Positions 1 to 9,492 of a DNA stretch of 46,657 nucleotides are shown in pieces. Under the pieces are notes generated by a model. That model was not told where the DNA came from. It worked only from the letters and a program-made list of their open reading frames with translations, and did no database searches. This DNA comes from an uncultured Clostridia bacterium (GTDB lineage: Bacteria; Bacillota; Clostridia; TANB77; CAG-508). The translations under genes and the position numbers were made by a program. Position 1 is the first letter of the stretch, and every line of letters starts with the position of its first letter. Where the stretch lies: the NCBI GenBank assembly GCA_944386125.1, contig CALWZX010000001.1:1-46657 (forward strand), given 5' to 3'.

Positions 1-2
1 CT

Positions 3-2177
3 GACTTTGACGGAGACCAAATGGCTATTCACGTACCTTTATCACCAGAAGCACAAGCAGAAGCAAGGTATTTAATGTTATCACAAAATAACCTTTTAAA
101 ACCACAAGATGGTATGCCAGTTACTGTACCTTCACAAGATATGATTTTAGGTGCATACTGTTTAACAATGGAAGTAGAAGGAGAAAAAGGGGAAGGAAAC
201 TATTTCTCATCTCCAGAAGAAGCTATTATTGCATATGAAAATCACGAAGTAGGAATGCATTGTTTTATCAATGTAAGGATGAGCAAAAAAGATGAAAATG
301 GAGAAGAAAGACATAAATTTGTTAAAACTACAGTAGGTAGAATTATTTATAACAAAGGTATTCCTCAAGATTTAGGATTTATAGATAGAACAGATCCAGA
401 GCAAGAATTTGAACCAGAAATTAACTTTATAGTTAAAAAGAAAAATCTAGGAAAAATTATTGAAAAATGTATTAACAAACACGGATTAGATCGTACAGGA
501 GAATTACTAGATTATATTAAAGCAACTGGTTTCAAATATTCAACATTAGGTGGTGTAACGGTATCTATTGATGATGTTAAAGTACCAGAAGAAAAGAAAA
601 CTATTCTAGAACAAGCATCTCAAGATGTAGAAAAAGTATTAAAACAATATAAACGTGGTTTAATTACTGAGGAAGAAAGATATCAATCTGTTATCAAAAT
701 TTGGGAAAAAGCAACAGATGATGTAAAAATAGCTATGAAAAATAATTTTGAAACAGAAAACCCAATGTATATGATGTCTGAATCAGGAGCCAGAGGTAAC
801 CTAGACCAGTTAAAGCAAATTGCAGGTATGCGTGGTTTGATGGCTAGTACTACTGGTAAAACTGTTGAAATTCCTATCAAATCTTCTTTCCGTGAAGGTT
901 TAGATGCCCTAGAATACTTTATTTCAGCACATGGTGCTCGTAAAGGACTTTCAGATACAGCTTTAAGAACAGCAGACTCTGGATATTTAACAAGAAGATT
1001 AGTAGATGTTTCTCAAGATATTATCGTAAGAGAAGATGATTGCGGAACTCATGACGGAATAGAATTAACAGCTATCAAAGATGGAAATCAAGAAATTGAA
1101 TCTTTACAAGAAAGACTAAAAGGAAGATATCCATTACATGATATAGTACATCCAGAAACTGGAAAATTAATTGTAGATACTAATACAATGATAGATGATA
1201 GAATTGCAGATGAAATAGTTGCAGCAGGAATTGAAAAAGTAAGAGTACGTAGTGTATTTGGATGTAGAACAAAAAATGGTGTATGTGCTAAATGTTATGG
1301 TATGGGCTTAGCAAGTAGAGATAAAGTTACTATTGGAGAAGCAGTAGGAATTATTGCAGCACAATCTATTGGTGAGCCTGGTACACAGCTTACAATGAGA
1401 ACAATTCACTCTGGTGGTGTTGCTGGTGTAGCAGATATTACACAAGGTCTTCCTAGGGTTGAAGAGTTGTTTGAAGCAAGAAAACCAAAGGGACTTGCTA
1501 TCATCTCTGAAATTGATGGTGTTGTTAAAATTTCAGAAGAGAAGAAGAGAAAAGAAGTTATTGTTACTTCAAAAGATAATAGTAAAACATATGTAATTCC
1601 ATTTGGTTCTAAACTAAAAGTAAAAGAAGGAATGGAAGTAGAAGCAGGTCAACCACTAACAGAAGGTTCTATTAATCCAAATGAACTACTTATGATTAAA
1701 GGACCTGAAGGAGTATATAACTATATTGTACAAGAGGTACAAAAAGTATATAGAAACCAAGGTGTTGATATTAATGATAAACATATTGAAGTAATTGGTA
1801 GACAAATGCTTAAGAGAGTAAGAGTAGAAGATCCAGGAGATACAAAATTCTTTGCCGGTTCATTAGTAGACATGTATGAATTTAAAGATGAAAATGAGCT
1901 AATGGAAAAAGAAGGAAAACGTCCAGCTACTGGAAAACGAGTACTATTGGGAATTACAAAAGCATCTCTTGCAACAGATAGCTTCTTATCTGCAGCATCT
2001 TTCCAAGAGACAACAAGAGTATTAACAGAAGCAGCAATTAAAGGAAAAGTAGATGAACTAATAGGATTAAAAGAAAATGTTATCATTGGTAAATTAATCC
2101 CTGCAGGAACAGGACTTGCAAAATATAAAAATACAAAAATACAAGTAGAAGGTCAAGAAGAAACTTCTGAAGTATAA
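3..2177 (+). CDS. rpoC: DNA-directed RNA polymerase subunit beta' (C-terminal ~720 aa; the 5' end lies outside the window)
   Basis: The frame is open from the window edge. The first codons read [14 protein letters not shown], the catalytic [10 protein letters not shown] motif, followed by conserved beta' blocks ([63 protein letters not shown]). Stop TAA at 2175-2177. Confidence 0.97.
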   Translation, partial: DFDGDQMAIHVPLSPEAQAEARYLMLSQNNLLKPQDGMPVTVPSQDMILGAYCLTMEVEGEKGEGNYFSSPEEAIIAYENHEVGMHCFINVRMSKKDENGEERHKFVKTTVGRIIYNKGIPQDLGFIDRTDPEQEFEPEINFIVKKKNLGKIIEKCINKHGLDRTGELLDYIKATGFKYSTLGGVTVSIDDVKVPEEKKTILEQASQDVEKVLKQYKRGLITEEERYQSVIKIWEKATDDVKIAMKNNFETENPMYMMSESGARGNLDQLKQIAGMRGLMASTTGKTVEIPIKSSFREGLDALEYFISAHGARKGLSDTALRTADSGYLTRRLVDVSQDIIVREDDCGTHDGIELTAIKDGNQEIESLQERLKGRYPLHDIVHPETGKLIVDTNTMIDDRIADEIVAAGIEKVRVRSVFGCRTKNGVCAKCYGMGLASRDKVTIGEAVGIIAAQSIGEPGTQLTMRTIHSGGVAGVADITQGLPRVEELFEARKPKGLAIISEIDGVVKISEEKKRKEVIVTSKDNSKTYVIPFGSKLKVKEGMEVEAGQPLTEGSINPNELLMIKGPEGVYNYIVQEVQKVYRNQGVDINDKHIEVIGRQMLKRVRVEDPGDTKFFAGSLVDMYEFKDENELMEKEGKRPATGKRVLLGITKASLATDSFLSAASFQETTRVLTEAAIKGKVDELIGLKENVIIGKLIPAGTGLAKYKNTKIQVEGQEETSEV

Positions 2178-2184
2178 TAAAAAA

Positions 2185-2208
2185 GCCGCAGCAATGCGGC
2201 TTTTTTTT
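2185..2208 (+). terminator. Rho-independent terminator after rpoC
   Basis: GCCGCA-gcaa-TGCGGC hairpin (2185-2200) followed by T8 (2201-2208). Confidence 0.8.
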
Positions 2209-2296
2209 ACAAGCTTATATCTGTTATTTCTAAATTTTTTAATATTACTGTTACATTGATACTAAATATATGTATGTTTAGTATTTGGTACAATAA

Positions 2297-3040
2297 TCAA
2301 GGCATTTGGTTTATAACTATATGTTCTATATTATTCATATAGTTTATAATTTCTGTAAATATACCAAGATTATTATTATATGAATATACCTTTTGTACTG
2401 TTTCATCATTAATACTATTAAAATTAACAAATGTCTGTGGTAACTCTTGATTATTTGATAAAGTAAGTGTATTTTCATTTATTAATATATAAAAGCCATT
2501 TAAGTACGTATTTTGTAAACCTAAGAATATTTTTTCTCTTTTATTCCAACTCTCGCTATCATTTATCTCAAATTTATTATTACTTATCTTTATATTTTTA
2601 GTTAGTGAATTATTAGTATATATGAAGAAATTGTTTAAATTTCCAGAAATTTTTATATCATTATTGCAAAAATTGCCCCCTCTTATAGCTAAATATGCTA
2701 AATTATAATCAATAGTTACTTTGTTATTTAAGAAATCTATGTTTTCACCAACTAAGCAACTTCCAGCTATTCTTTCATTAATTTCTGAATCAATACTAAT
2801 AACATTGCTATCTACTTGTATATTTTGCCCTTCGGTATTATCTATCTGAAATAATGAAAACCCTTCTCCATCTATTTTATGATACTTTATAGTATTATTT
2901 GTAACCCTAATATTATTAACTCTTTCCACTCCTTTACTTCTAAATTTTATCAAAGAACCGTATCCATATACTTCAAAATAATTATCCTCTACATTTATAT
3001 TTTCTATAACTCCTCCTCTATACCCCAATCTTATCAACAT
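2297..3040 (-). CDS. Right-handed parallel beta-helix repeat protein, C-terminal fragment of an interrupted gene (frame is open upstream to 3112)
   Basis: Repeated beta-helix-like rungs (NNIRVTNNTIKYH, VDSNVISID, NNKVTIDYN, NNDIKISGN, ISNNKFEIND). The same frame upstream of the ATG reads GGKIQNVKIEENNLFRDGTIKGNS and overlaps the end of the 3105..4232 ORF. Confidence 0.6.
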   Translation of the reverse strand: MLIRLGYRGGVIENINVEDNYFEVYGYGSLIKFRSKGVERVNNIRVTNNTIKYHKIDGEGFSLFQIDNTEGQNIQVDSNVISIDSEINERIAGSCLVGENIDFLNNKVTIDYNLAYLAIRGGNFCNNDIKISGNLNNFFIYTNNSLTKNIKISNNKFEINDSESWNKREKIFLGLQNTYLNGFYILINENTLTLSNNQELPQTFVNFNSINDETVQKVYSYNNNLGIFTEIINYMNNIEHIVINQMP

Positions 3041-3104
3041 ACTATTTCCTTTTATAGTTCCATCCCTAAATAAATTATTTTCTTCTATTTTTACATTTTG
3101 TATT

Positions 3105-4232
3105 TTACCTCCGCCAGATATTTATCATTTCATCTTTGCACATTAATCTAATATCATTCTTTTGAACTACTATAGTATCAGCATTTTCCAACTGGTTATA
3201 GAACCATATTGATCCTCCTGCATCATTTTGAGATTCATTTAAAATGTTATTATTTATAATATTAATGTTTTTCCAAGCAGTATGAAACCATATATTGGTG
3301 ATTCCGGTTGTTTTATGATTGTCTTCTGCCCTTATTGTCAAATTACAATCTTCTATTGTGACATTTGATGCATATTTGGCTCCTACCTGAATTTCTGAAA
3401 TGTCAGCGCCTTTTATACTTTCAACGTTTAAATTAATTATAGTTATATTATCACACCACTTTTCTTCATTACCTATAATATATATATGGTAATCGGCTCC
3501 TGATTGACTCTGATAGTCTTCTACATTAAATATTGTTGCCTGATTGCCTAGTAATATTAAATTGCTAGATTCTATACGTATTTGTGTAGATTGCTTATAT
3601 TTGCCATTACTCTCCAAGCTAACATTACCATACCCAGCATTTAATGCTGTTTCAATTGCCTTTGCATCATCATGCTTTCCATCTCCATATGCCCCAAATT
3701 GATTTACTGTTACTGTATTATTTATTGGGTGCAATTTTGCATATAAACCATTATTTAATTGTATACATTTCCCATCGTCTACTGTTAAACTTGTATTACT
3801 TACTATATCATAATATGCACTTCCACCATATTGTTTATCCCAGTATCCTTCTGTTTGAACTAGTTGCCCATCTTTTAATCCTGTATCAGTTTTCATACTG
3901 GCTACATTAGGGTATGTTTTATCTACGTCAAGCTTAAATTTTTCTATACTTATTACATTCTTTTCACTTGTTATGACTTGCCATTCTCCTAATATAAATG
4001 AATAAGTACCATGTTCGTTTCGAGATACACCGACTTGTAAATTTTTGGTTAAAAATCTTTCAAAATCAGAGTTCTCACCAGTTGCTTTATTTATTGCATA
4101 TTCACTTAAAAGCAATTCTATTTTTTCCTTTATTTCAGCTTTACTATATTCTTCGGTAGCATCCATCACTTTATTAAGTAATCCGTTTTCTCCTAATAAC
4201 ATACTAATTGTAAAACCTGCTAATATAAGCAA
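3105..4232 (-). CDS. Pilin-like N-terminal anchor plus pectate-lyase-3 type beta-helix domain, N-terminal fragment of the interrupted gene
   Basis: FGAYGDGKHDDAKAIETALNAG matches the typical N-terminal motif of pectate-lyase superfamily / tailspike-like beta-helix proteins. The N-terminus, (NITLISLVVTLIV)LLILAGFTISMLLGENGLLNKV, resembles the prepilin-like hydrophobic helix common in Clostridia. The ORF-track start is TTG at 4232, so the true start is uncertain. The ORF ends two codons after an in-frame CGG (3113-3111). Confidence 0.6.
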   Translation of the reverse strand: MLILAGFTISMLLGENGLLNKVMDATEEYSKAEIKEKIELLLSEYAINKATGENSDFERFLTKNLQVGVSRNEHGTYSFILGEWQVITSEKNVISIEKFKLDVDKTYPNVASMKTDTGLKDGQLVQTEGYWDKQYGGSAYYDIVSNTSLTVDDGKCIQLNNGLYAKLHPINNTVTVNQFGAYGDGKHDDAKAIETALNAGYGNVSLESNGKYKQSTQIRIESSNLILLGNQATIFNVEDYQSQSGADYHIYIIGNEEKWCDNITIINLNVESIKGADISEIQVGAKYASNVTIEDCNLTIRAEDNHKTTGITNIWFHTAWKNINIINNNILNESQNDAGGSIWFYNQLENADTIVVQKNDIRLMCKDEMINIWRR

Positions 4233-4353
4233 AACAATTAGGGTTACAACAAGTGATATAAGGGTAATGTTTTGCTATACATTTTATAGTTGTACAAATC
4301 AATCATCTTAATGTCAAACAAAAGTTAGAATCTTGAAAAACCACCTTAATTTC

Positions 4354-4382
4354 TTTACTTTATCTGTAACTTATGCTATAAT
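4354..4382 (+). promoter_or_regulatory. Putative sigma-A promoter for gdpP-rplI-dnaB
   Basis: TTTACT (4354-4359), 17-nt spacer, TGcTATAAT extended -10 (4374-4382), about 37 nt upstream of the gdpP ATG. Confidence 0.4.
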
Positions 4383-4418
4383 GTAACATGTAAAAATAGG
4401 AAAGAAAGAGGAATTTAT

Positions 4419-6455
4419 ATGCCGAGTAATAAAAAAGTATTTGATAAATTGGTTTCTAAAACAAAAATTTACCTTGTTATTATAGCCATTTTATTAATTC
4501 TATTATGTATATATGAAATTAACTTAATTACACCAGCAATTATTCTATATACCATTATTTTAATGTATGCATATTGGACAAACAATAAAAGAAAAGTGGA
4601 GCTATCTGAACACATTAAAGACTTAACATTAACAGTAGATAGTGCCGCAAAAAGTACGTTAATCAATTCTCCATTTCCTCTTGTGATTATAGAAACAGAT
4701 GGAAATATTATCTGGAAAAGTTCAAAATTCATTCATACATTTGCGAATATAGATATTAATAACTACTTAAATAATATTGTAAAAGAATTAAAACTAGAAA
4801 TCAAAAATGGAAGCGAAGAAAATAAAAGAGAGTTAGAGGAACTAATAAAAAAACAAGTAAAAATTGGAGATAGAACATATAAAGTAGTAGGAGAATATGT
4901 AAAATCAAAAGATAAAGTAAAAAACAAAGTAAAAGAAGACGAATATATGGCAACATTGTATTTTATTGATGAAACACAATATATTCATTTACAAGAAGAC
5001 TATCAAAACTCTAAAATTTGTGTGGGAATTATCATGATAGATAATTATGAAGAAATTATACAAAGACTATCTGATGAAGATAAACCACAGATGATAGCTA
5101 AAATAGAAAAAACGATTTATGATTGGGCAGGAGAACTAGAAGCTTTAATTATTAAGCAAGATAGAGACACTTTTGTTATAATTATGGAACAAAAATACAT
5201 TCCAGTATTAGAAGAAAATAAATTTAATTTATTAGATACTATAAAAGAAATTAATATTCCTGGAAAAATGCAATCTACTTTGAGTATAGCATTAACAACA
5301 GAAGGAGAATCAAATTATCAAAAATATAAAACAGCACAAGCAACTATTGATATAGCGTTAGGCCGTGGAGGAGACCAAGCAATACTTAGAAAAGACGGAA
5401 AATACACATTCTTTGGAGGTAGAACACAAGAAGTAGAAAAACGTACAAAGGTAAAAGCAAGAATTGTAGCACATGCCCTAGAAGAACTAATGAACGAATC
5501 TAAAAATATAATGATTATGGGACATAGTAATACAGATATAGATGCAATGGGTTCGGCCTTTGGTATTTATCGTTTTGCTAAAACAGTAGGAAAAGAAGAA
5601 GTATATATTGTTAATGAAACATATGGAATAAGTCTAGAAAACTTTTTACAAGAAGTGCAAAAAGAAGAAGAATATAAAGAATGTATATTAAATAAAGAAG
5701 AAGCATTAAATAAAATAGATGAAAATACTCTATTAGTTATTGTAGATACTCACAAGGCTAATTATGTAGAAGTACCAGAATTATTAGAAAAAACGAATAA
5801 AATTGTTATCATTGACCATCACAGAAGAAGTACAGACTTTATAGAAAATTCTATATTAACATTCCAAGAAGTGTATGCATCTTCAGCAGCAGAATTAGTA
5901 ACAGAATTAATTGAATATTCAGAACAAGATATTCGTCTAACAGAAATAGAAAGAGAAAGCTTATATGCAGGTATTATGATGGATACCAAAAACTTTACTT
6001 TTAAAACAGGTGTAAGAACTTTTGAAGCAGCAGCATATTTAAGAAAATGTGGTGTAGATATTATAAAAGTAAAGAAATGGTTCCAAAGTGACTTAGAAAC
6101 ATATAACAAAATTTCTGAAATTATAGCAAAAACAGAAGTAATTAATCAGTCTATTGCTATATCTATTTATGATAAAGAAGATGTAAATAGTAATATCATT
6201 TGTGCAAAGGCAGCAGATGAACTATTGACAATTAGTAATATCACAGCATCTTTCGTCATGGGAAAAATGGGAGATAAAGTTTGTATTAGTGGACGTTCTA
6301 TTGGAGATATTAATGTGCAACTTATCTTAGAAAAACTTGGCGGTGGAGGTCATATTACACTAGCTGGAGCACAAGTAGAAGGAATGGATATTGAAGAAGT
6401 AAAACAAGAGCTAATTAATCGAATACATGAATATTTTAGTGAAATTGAAGGATAA
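4419..6455 (+). CDS. gdpP: Cyclic-di-AMP phosphodiesterase GdpP (YybT-type membrane DHH/DHHA1 phosphoesterase)
   Basis: Two N-terminal TM helices, a central degenerate GGDEF-like region, the DHH motifs (GHSNTDIDAMGSAFG, IVDTHK, VIIDHHRR) and the DHHA1 GGGGH motif. Canonical yybT-rplI-dnaC gene order. RBS AAGAGGAA upstream of the ATG. Confidence 0.85.
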   Translation: MPSNKKVFDKLVSKTKIYLVIIAILLILLCIYEINLITPAIILYTIILMYAYWTNNKRKVELSEHIKDLTLTVDSAAKSTLINSPFPLVIIETDGNIIWKSSKFIHTFANIDINNYLNNIVKELKLEIKNGSEENKRELEELIKKQVKIGDRTYKVVGEYVKSKDKVKNKVKEDEYMATLYFIDETQYIHLQEDYQNSKICVGIIMIDNYEEIIQRLSDEDKPQMIAKIEKTIYDWAGELEALIIKQDRDTFVIIMEQKYIPVLEENKFNLLDTIKEINIPGKMQSTLSIALTTEGESNYQKYKTAQATIDIALGRGGDQAILRKDGKYTFFGGRTQEVEKRTKVKARIVAHALEELMNESKNIMIMGHSNTDIDAMGSAFGIYRFAKTVGKEEVYIVNETYGISLENFLQEVQKEEEYKECILNKEEALNKIDENTLLVIVDTHKANYVEVPELLEKTNKIVIIDHHRRSTDFIENSILTFQEVYASSAAELVTELIEYSEQDIRLTEIERESLYAGIMMDTKNFTFKTGVRTFEAAAYLRKCGVDIIKVKKWFQSDLETYNKISEIIAKTEVINQSIAISIYDKEDVNSNIICAKAADELLTISNITASFVMGKMGDKVCISGRSIGDINVQLILEKLGGGGHITLAGAQVEGMDIEEVKQELINRIHEYFSEIEG

Positions 6456-6469
6456 GAAAGGAGAAACAC

Positions 6470-6916
6470 ATGAAAGTTATATTATTGGATAATATAAAAG
6501 GAGTAGGAAAAAAAGATGAAGTAATTAATGCAAGTGATGGATATGCGAGAAATTTCTTATTCCCTAAAAAACTTGCTTTAGAAGCGAATAAAGAGAATTT
6601 AGCAAAATTACAAGCAAGACAAAGTGCAAAGCAATTCAAAAAAGATACAGAAAAAGAAGAAGCAAAAAGAATTGCAGAGCAATTCAAAAATATTACTTTA
6701 ACAATAGCTGTAAAAGCTGGAGAAAACGGAAAAATATTCGGAGGAATTACAGCAAAAGAAATTGCAGAAAGTTTAAAAGAAAAAGAAAAAATTGAAATTG
6801 ATAAAAAGAAAATTTTGCTAGAAGAAACTATCAAAACATTAGGAGTAACGAATGTTACCATTAAATTATTTGAAGGTGTTATAGGAACATTAAAAGTAGA
6901 GGTAGTTAGTAAGTAG
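6470..6916 (+). CDS. rplI: 50S ribosomal protein L9
   Basis: MKVILLDNIKGVGKKDEVINASDGYARNFLFPKKLA is the conserved L9 N-terminal domain. 148 aa, RBS AAAGGAGA, conserved position between gdpP and dnaB. Confidence 0.95.
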   Translation: MKVILLDNIKGVGKKDEVINASDGYARNFLFPKKLALEANKENLAKLQARQSAKQFKKDTEKEEAKRIAEQFKNITLTIAVKAGENGKIFGGITAKEIAESLKEKEKIEIDKKKILLEETIKTLGVTNVTIKLFEGVIGTLKVEVVSK

Positions 6917-6933
6917 GAAGGAAGAGAGCAGTA

Positions 6934-8265
6934 ATGGAATTAGGAAAAGTACCACCACACGATACAGAGGCTGAACAAGCAGTAATTGGAAGTATGTTAA
7001 CAGATAAAGATGCTATCATTGCAGCAATAGAAGTGCTTAAAGAAGATTACTTTTATAGAGAAGATAATAAAACCATTTATTCTGCTATATTAAATTTATA
7101 CAATCGTTCAGAAGCTGTAGATATCATTACTGTAAAATCAGAATTATCTTCCTTAGGAAAACTAGAAGCAGTTGGAGGATTAGAATATTTAGCAGAACTT
7201 CCTGAAAAAGTACCTACTACAGCCAATGTAGAAAAGTATATCAAAATTGTAGAAGAAAAAGCTATTTTAAGAAAATTAATTAAAACAGCCAATGAAATTA
7301 TTAGCATGGGATATGATGAAACACAAGAAGTTGATACCATTATGGATCAAGCAGAAAAGAAAATTTTTGATACCATGCAAGAAAGAGAACAAACTGGTTA
7401 TACTGCTATAAAAGACATATTAGTAGATACTTTTATAGAATTAGAACAACTATATAACCAAAAGCAACATGTAACAGGAATTACTACAGGATTTATTGAC
7501 TTAGATGAAAAAACAGCAGGACTTCATAATTCAGATTTAATTTTAGTAGCTGCAAGACCTGCCATGGGAAAATCAGCTTTTGCCATTAACATTGCTACTA
7601 ATGCTGCTTTAAAGGGGCACGTGGGAGTTGCTTATTTTAGTTTGGAAATGTCTAAAGAGCAAGTAACCAGCAGAATTTTGTGTAGTGAAGCAATGGTAGA
7701 CAGCAACAAGGTTAGAACAGGTACAATTGATGATGAAGAATGGGGAAAATTAGCCAATGCTTCAGGAGAATTATCAGAAACGCAAATATATATTGATGAT
7801 ACTCCTGGAATTAGTATTACAGAAATTAGAGCAAAGTGTAGAAAACTGAAATTAGAAAAAGATATCGGATTAGTAGTAATTGATTATTTACAGTTAGTAC
7901 AAGGAACAGGAAAACGAGGAGCAAGCCGTGAGCAGGAAATTGCAGAAATTAGTAGATCTTTAAAAATTTTAGCAAAAGAAATTAATGTTCCTGTAATTGC
8001 TTTATCACAGCTTTCTAGAGCACCTGAACAGCGTCCAGACCATAGACCAATGCTTTCAGACCTTCGCGAATCCGGTTCTATTGAGCAAGATGCTGATATT
8101 GTTATGTTTTTATATCGAGATGATTATTATAACGAAGATAGTGAAAAGAAAAATATAGCAGAGGTTATTTTAGCAAAACATCGTGGAGGTTCTACAGGAA
8201 CAGTAGAGCTATTATGGCTTGGAAATTACACAAAATTTGCTAATATTGAAAAATATAGAGATTAG
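6934..8265 (+). CDS. dnaB: Replicative DNA helicase (DnaB family; DnaC in Bacillus nomenclature)
   Basis: N-terminal PPHDTEAEQAVIGSML, Walker A ARPAMGKSAF, VVIDYLQL, and SQLSRAPEQRPDHRPMLSDLRESGSIEQDAD. Confidence 0.95.
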   Translation: MELGKVPPHDTEAEQAVIGSMLTDKDAIIAAIEVLKEDYFYREDNKTIYSAILNLYNRSEAVDIITVKSELSSLGKLEAVGGLEYLAELPEKVPTTANVEKYIKIVEEKAILRKLIKTANEIISMGYDETQEVDTIMDQAEKKIFDTMQEREQTGYTAIKDILVDTFIELEQLYNQKQHVTGITTGFIDLDEKTAGLHNSDLILVAARPAMGKSAFAINIATNAALKGHVGVAYFSLEMSKEQVTSRILCSEAMVDSNKVRTGTIDDEEWGKLANASGELSETQIYIDDTPGISITEIRAKCRKLKLEKDIGLVVIDYLQLVQGTGKRGASREQEIAEISRSLKILAKEINVPVIALSQLSRAPEQRPDHRPMLSDLRESGSIEQDADIVMFLYRDDYYNEDSEKKNIAEVILAKHRGGSTGTVELLWLGNYTKFANIEKYRD

Positions 8266-8289
8266 TTATACACATAAAAGGAGTAAATT

Positions 8290-9339
8290 GTGGAAAAAAC
8301 ATTCAGTAAAAGAGCTTTAGAAGAAAAAGACATTGTAAAAAAAGTAAAACAAACTATAAAAAAGTATGAAATGCTAAAAGATGGAGATACTATCATAGTA
8401 GGTGTCTCTGGTGGGCCTGATTCAATGGCCCTTTTGAACATTTTATGGAATATATGTAAGGAAGGTAAAATAAACTTTACCATTGTAGTAGCTCATTTTA
8501 ACCATGCACTTCGCAAAGAAGCAGATGAAGAAACAAAATATGTAGAGCAATATTGTAAAAAAAGAAATATATCTTGTTATATTAAAAAACAAAATGTAGA
8601 GCAATATGCAAAAGAACAAAGAATAGGAATAGAAGAAGCAGGAAGAAAATTGCGTTATGCCTTTTTTGAGGAAGTAGCTAAAAAACAAAAGGCACCAATA
8701 AAAATTGCTACAGCACATCAAGCAAATGATAATGCAGAAACTGTATTTATGAATATATTAAGAGGTACAGGAACGGCAGGATTAAAAGGAATAGAACCAA
8801 AAAGAAACTTATTAATTAGACCTTTAATTCACATACAAAGAAATGAGATAGAAGCATATTGCCAAAGGGAACAATTAAATCCAAAAATAGATACTTCTAA
8901 TTTTGAGAACCAATATACAAGAAATAGAGTAAGAAATATGTTATTTCCATTTATCAATCAAAACTTTGATGCAAATATTGTTATGGCTTGTAATAGGATG
9001 GCGGATATATGTAGAGAAGAAAATGATTATTTAGAAAAAGTCGCTAAAAAAAGCTTATCTGAAATGAAAGAAAACCTAGGGAAACAAGAATTAGAGGAAA
9101 AAAATTTACTTGTTTTATCATTAAAAAAGTTTAATTTACAAGAAGAAGTAATTCAAAAAAGAATTATTATGCTTGCCATTCAAAAAGTACTAGGGAATAG
9201 CCAAGAAATTACAAAAATTAATATTGAAGATATCGTACATATGTGTCAAAAACAGATAGGAAATAAATATATGATGCCTAATTCACACATAAAAATTAGT
9301 ATTCAAAAACAAAAAATTTTTTTTGAAAAAATAAAATAA
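8290..9339 (+). CDS. tilS: tRNA(Ile)-lysidine synthase
   Basis: PP-loop motif VGVSGGPDSMAL, then AHFNHALR and TAHQANDNAETVFMNILRGTG. GTG start with RBS AAAGGAG. 349 aa, on the short side for TilS. Confidence 0.85.
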   Translation: MEKTFSKRALEEKDIVKKVKQTIKKYEMLKDGDTIIVGVSGGPDSMALLNILWNICKEGKINFTIVVAHFNHALRKEADEETKYVEQYCKKRNISCYIKKQNVEQYAKEQRIGIEEAGRKLRYAFFEEVAKKQKAPIKIATAHQANDNAETVFMNILRGTGTAGLKGIEPKRNLLIRPLIHIQRNEIEAYCQREQLNPKIDTSNFENQYTRNRVRNMLFPFINQNFDANIVMACNRMADICREENDYLEKVAKKSLSEMKENLGKQELEEKNLLVLSLKKFNLQEEVIQKRIIMLAIQKVLGNSQEITKINIEDIVHMCQKQIGNKYMMPNSHIKISIQKQKIFFEKIK

Positions 9340-9411
9340 GCCAAATGGAAAGTTCCGTAATGAAAGCCTTGATATATCAACAATTGTGACAAAAAAACTT
9401 AAAAAAAGCTA

Positions 9412-9440
9412 TTGCAAAACGATTTAAGATGTGTTATATT
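9412..9440 (+). promoter_or_regulatory. Putative sigma-A promoter for ftsH
   Basis: TTGCAA (9412-9417), 17-nt spacer, TGtTATATT extended -10 (9432-9440). Confidence 0.4.
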
Positions 9441-9492
9441 TCAAAGGTAAATAAAAAAGGAAAAAAATGCCAAGAGCAGAGGAGGAAGAAAT

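Noticed and set aside
4380-4391. The 12-mer AATGTAACATGT shared between the gdpP promoter region (4380-4391) and the adhesin promoter region (12284-12295), as a possible common operator.
   Set aside because: A single shared 12-mer is expected by chance in 46 kb of AT-rich sequence, and only the second copy forms a full palindrome.
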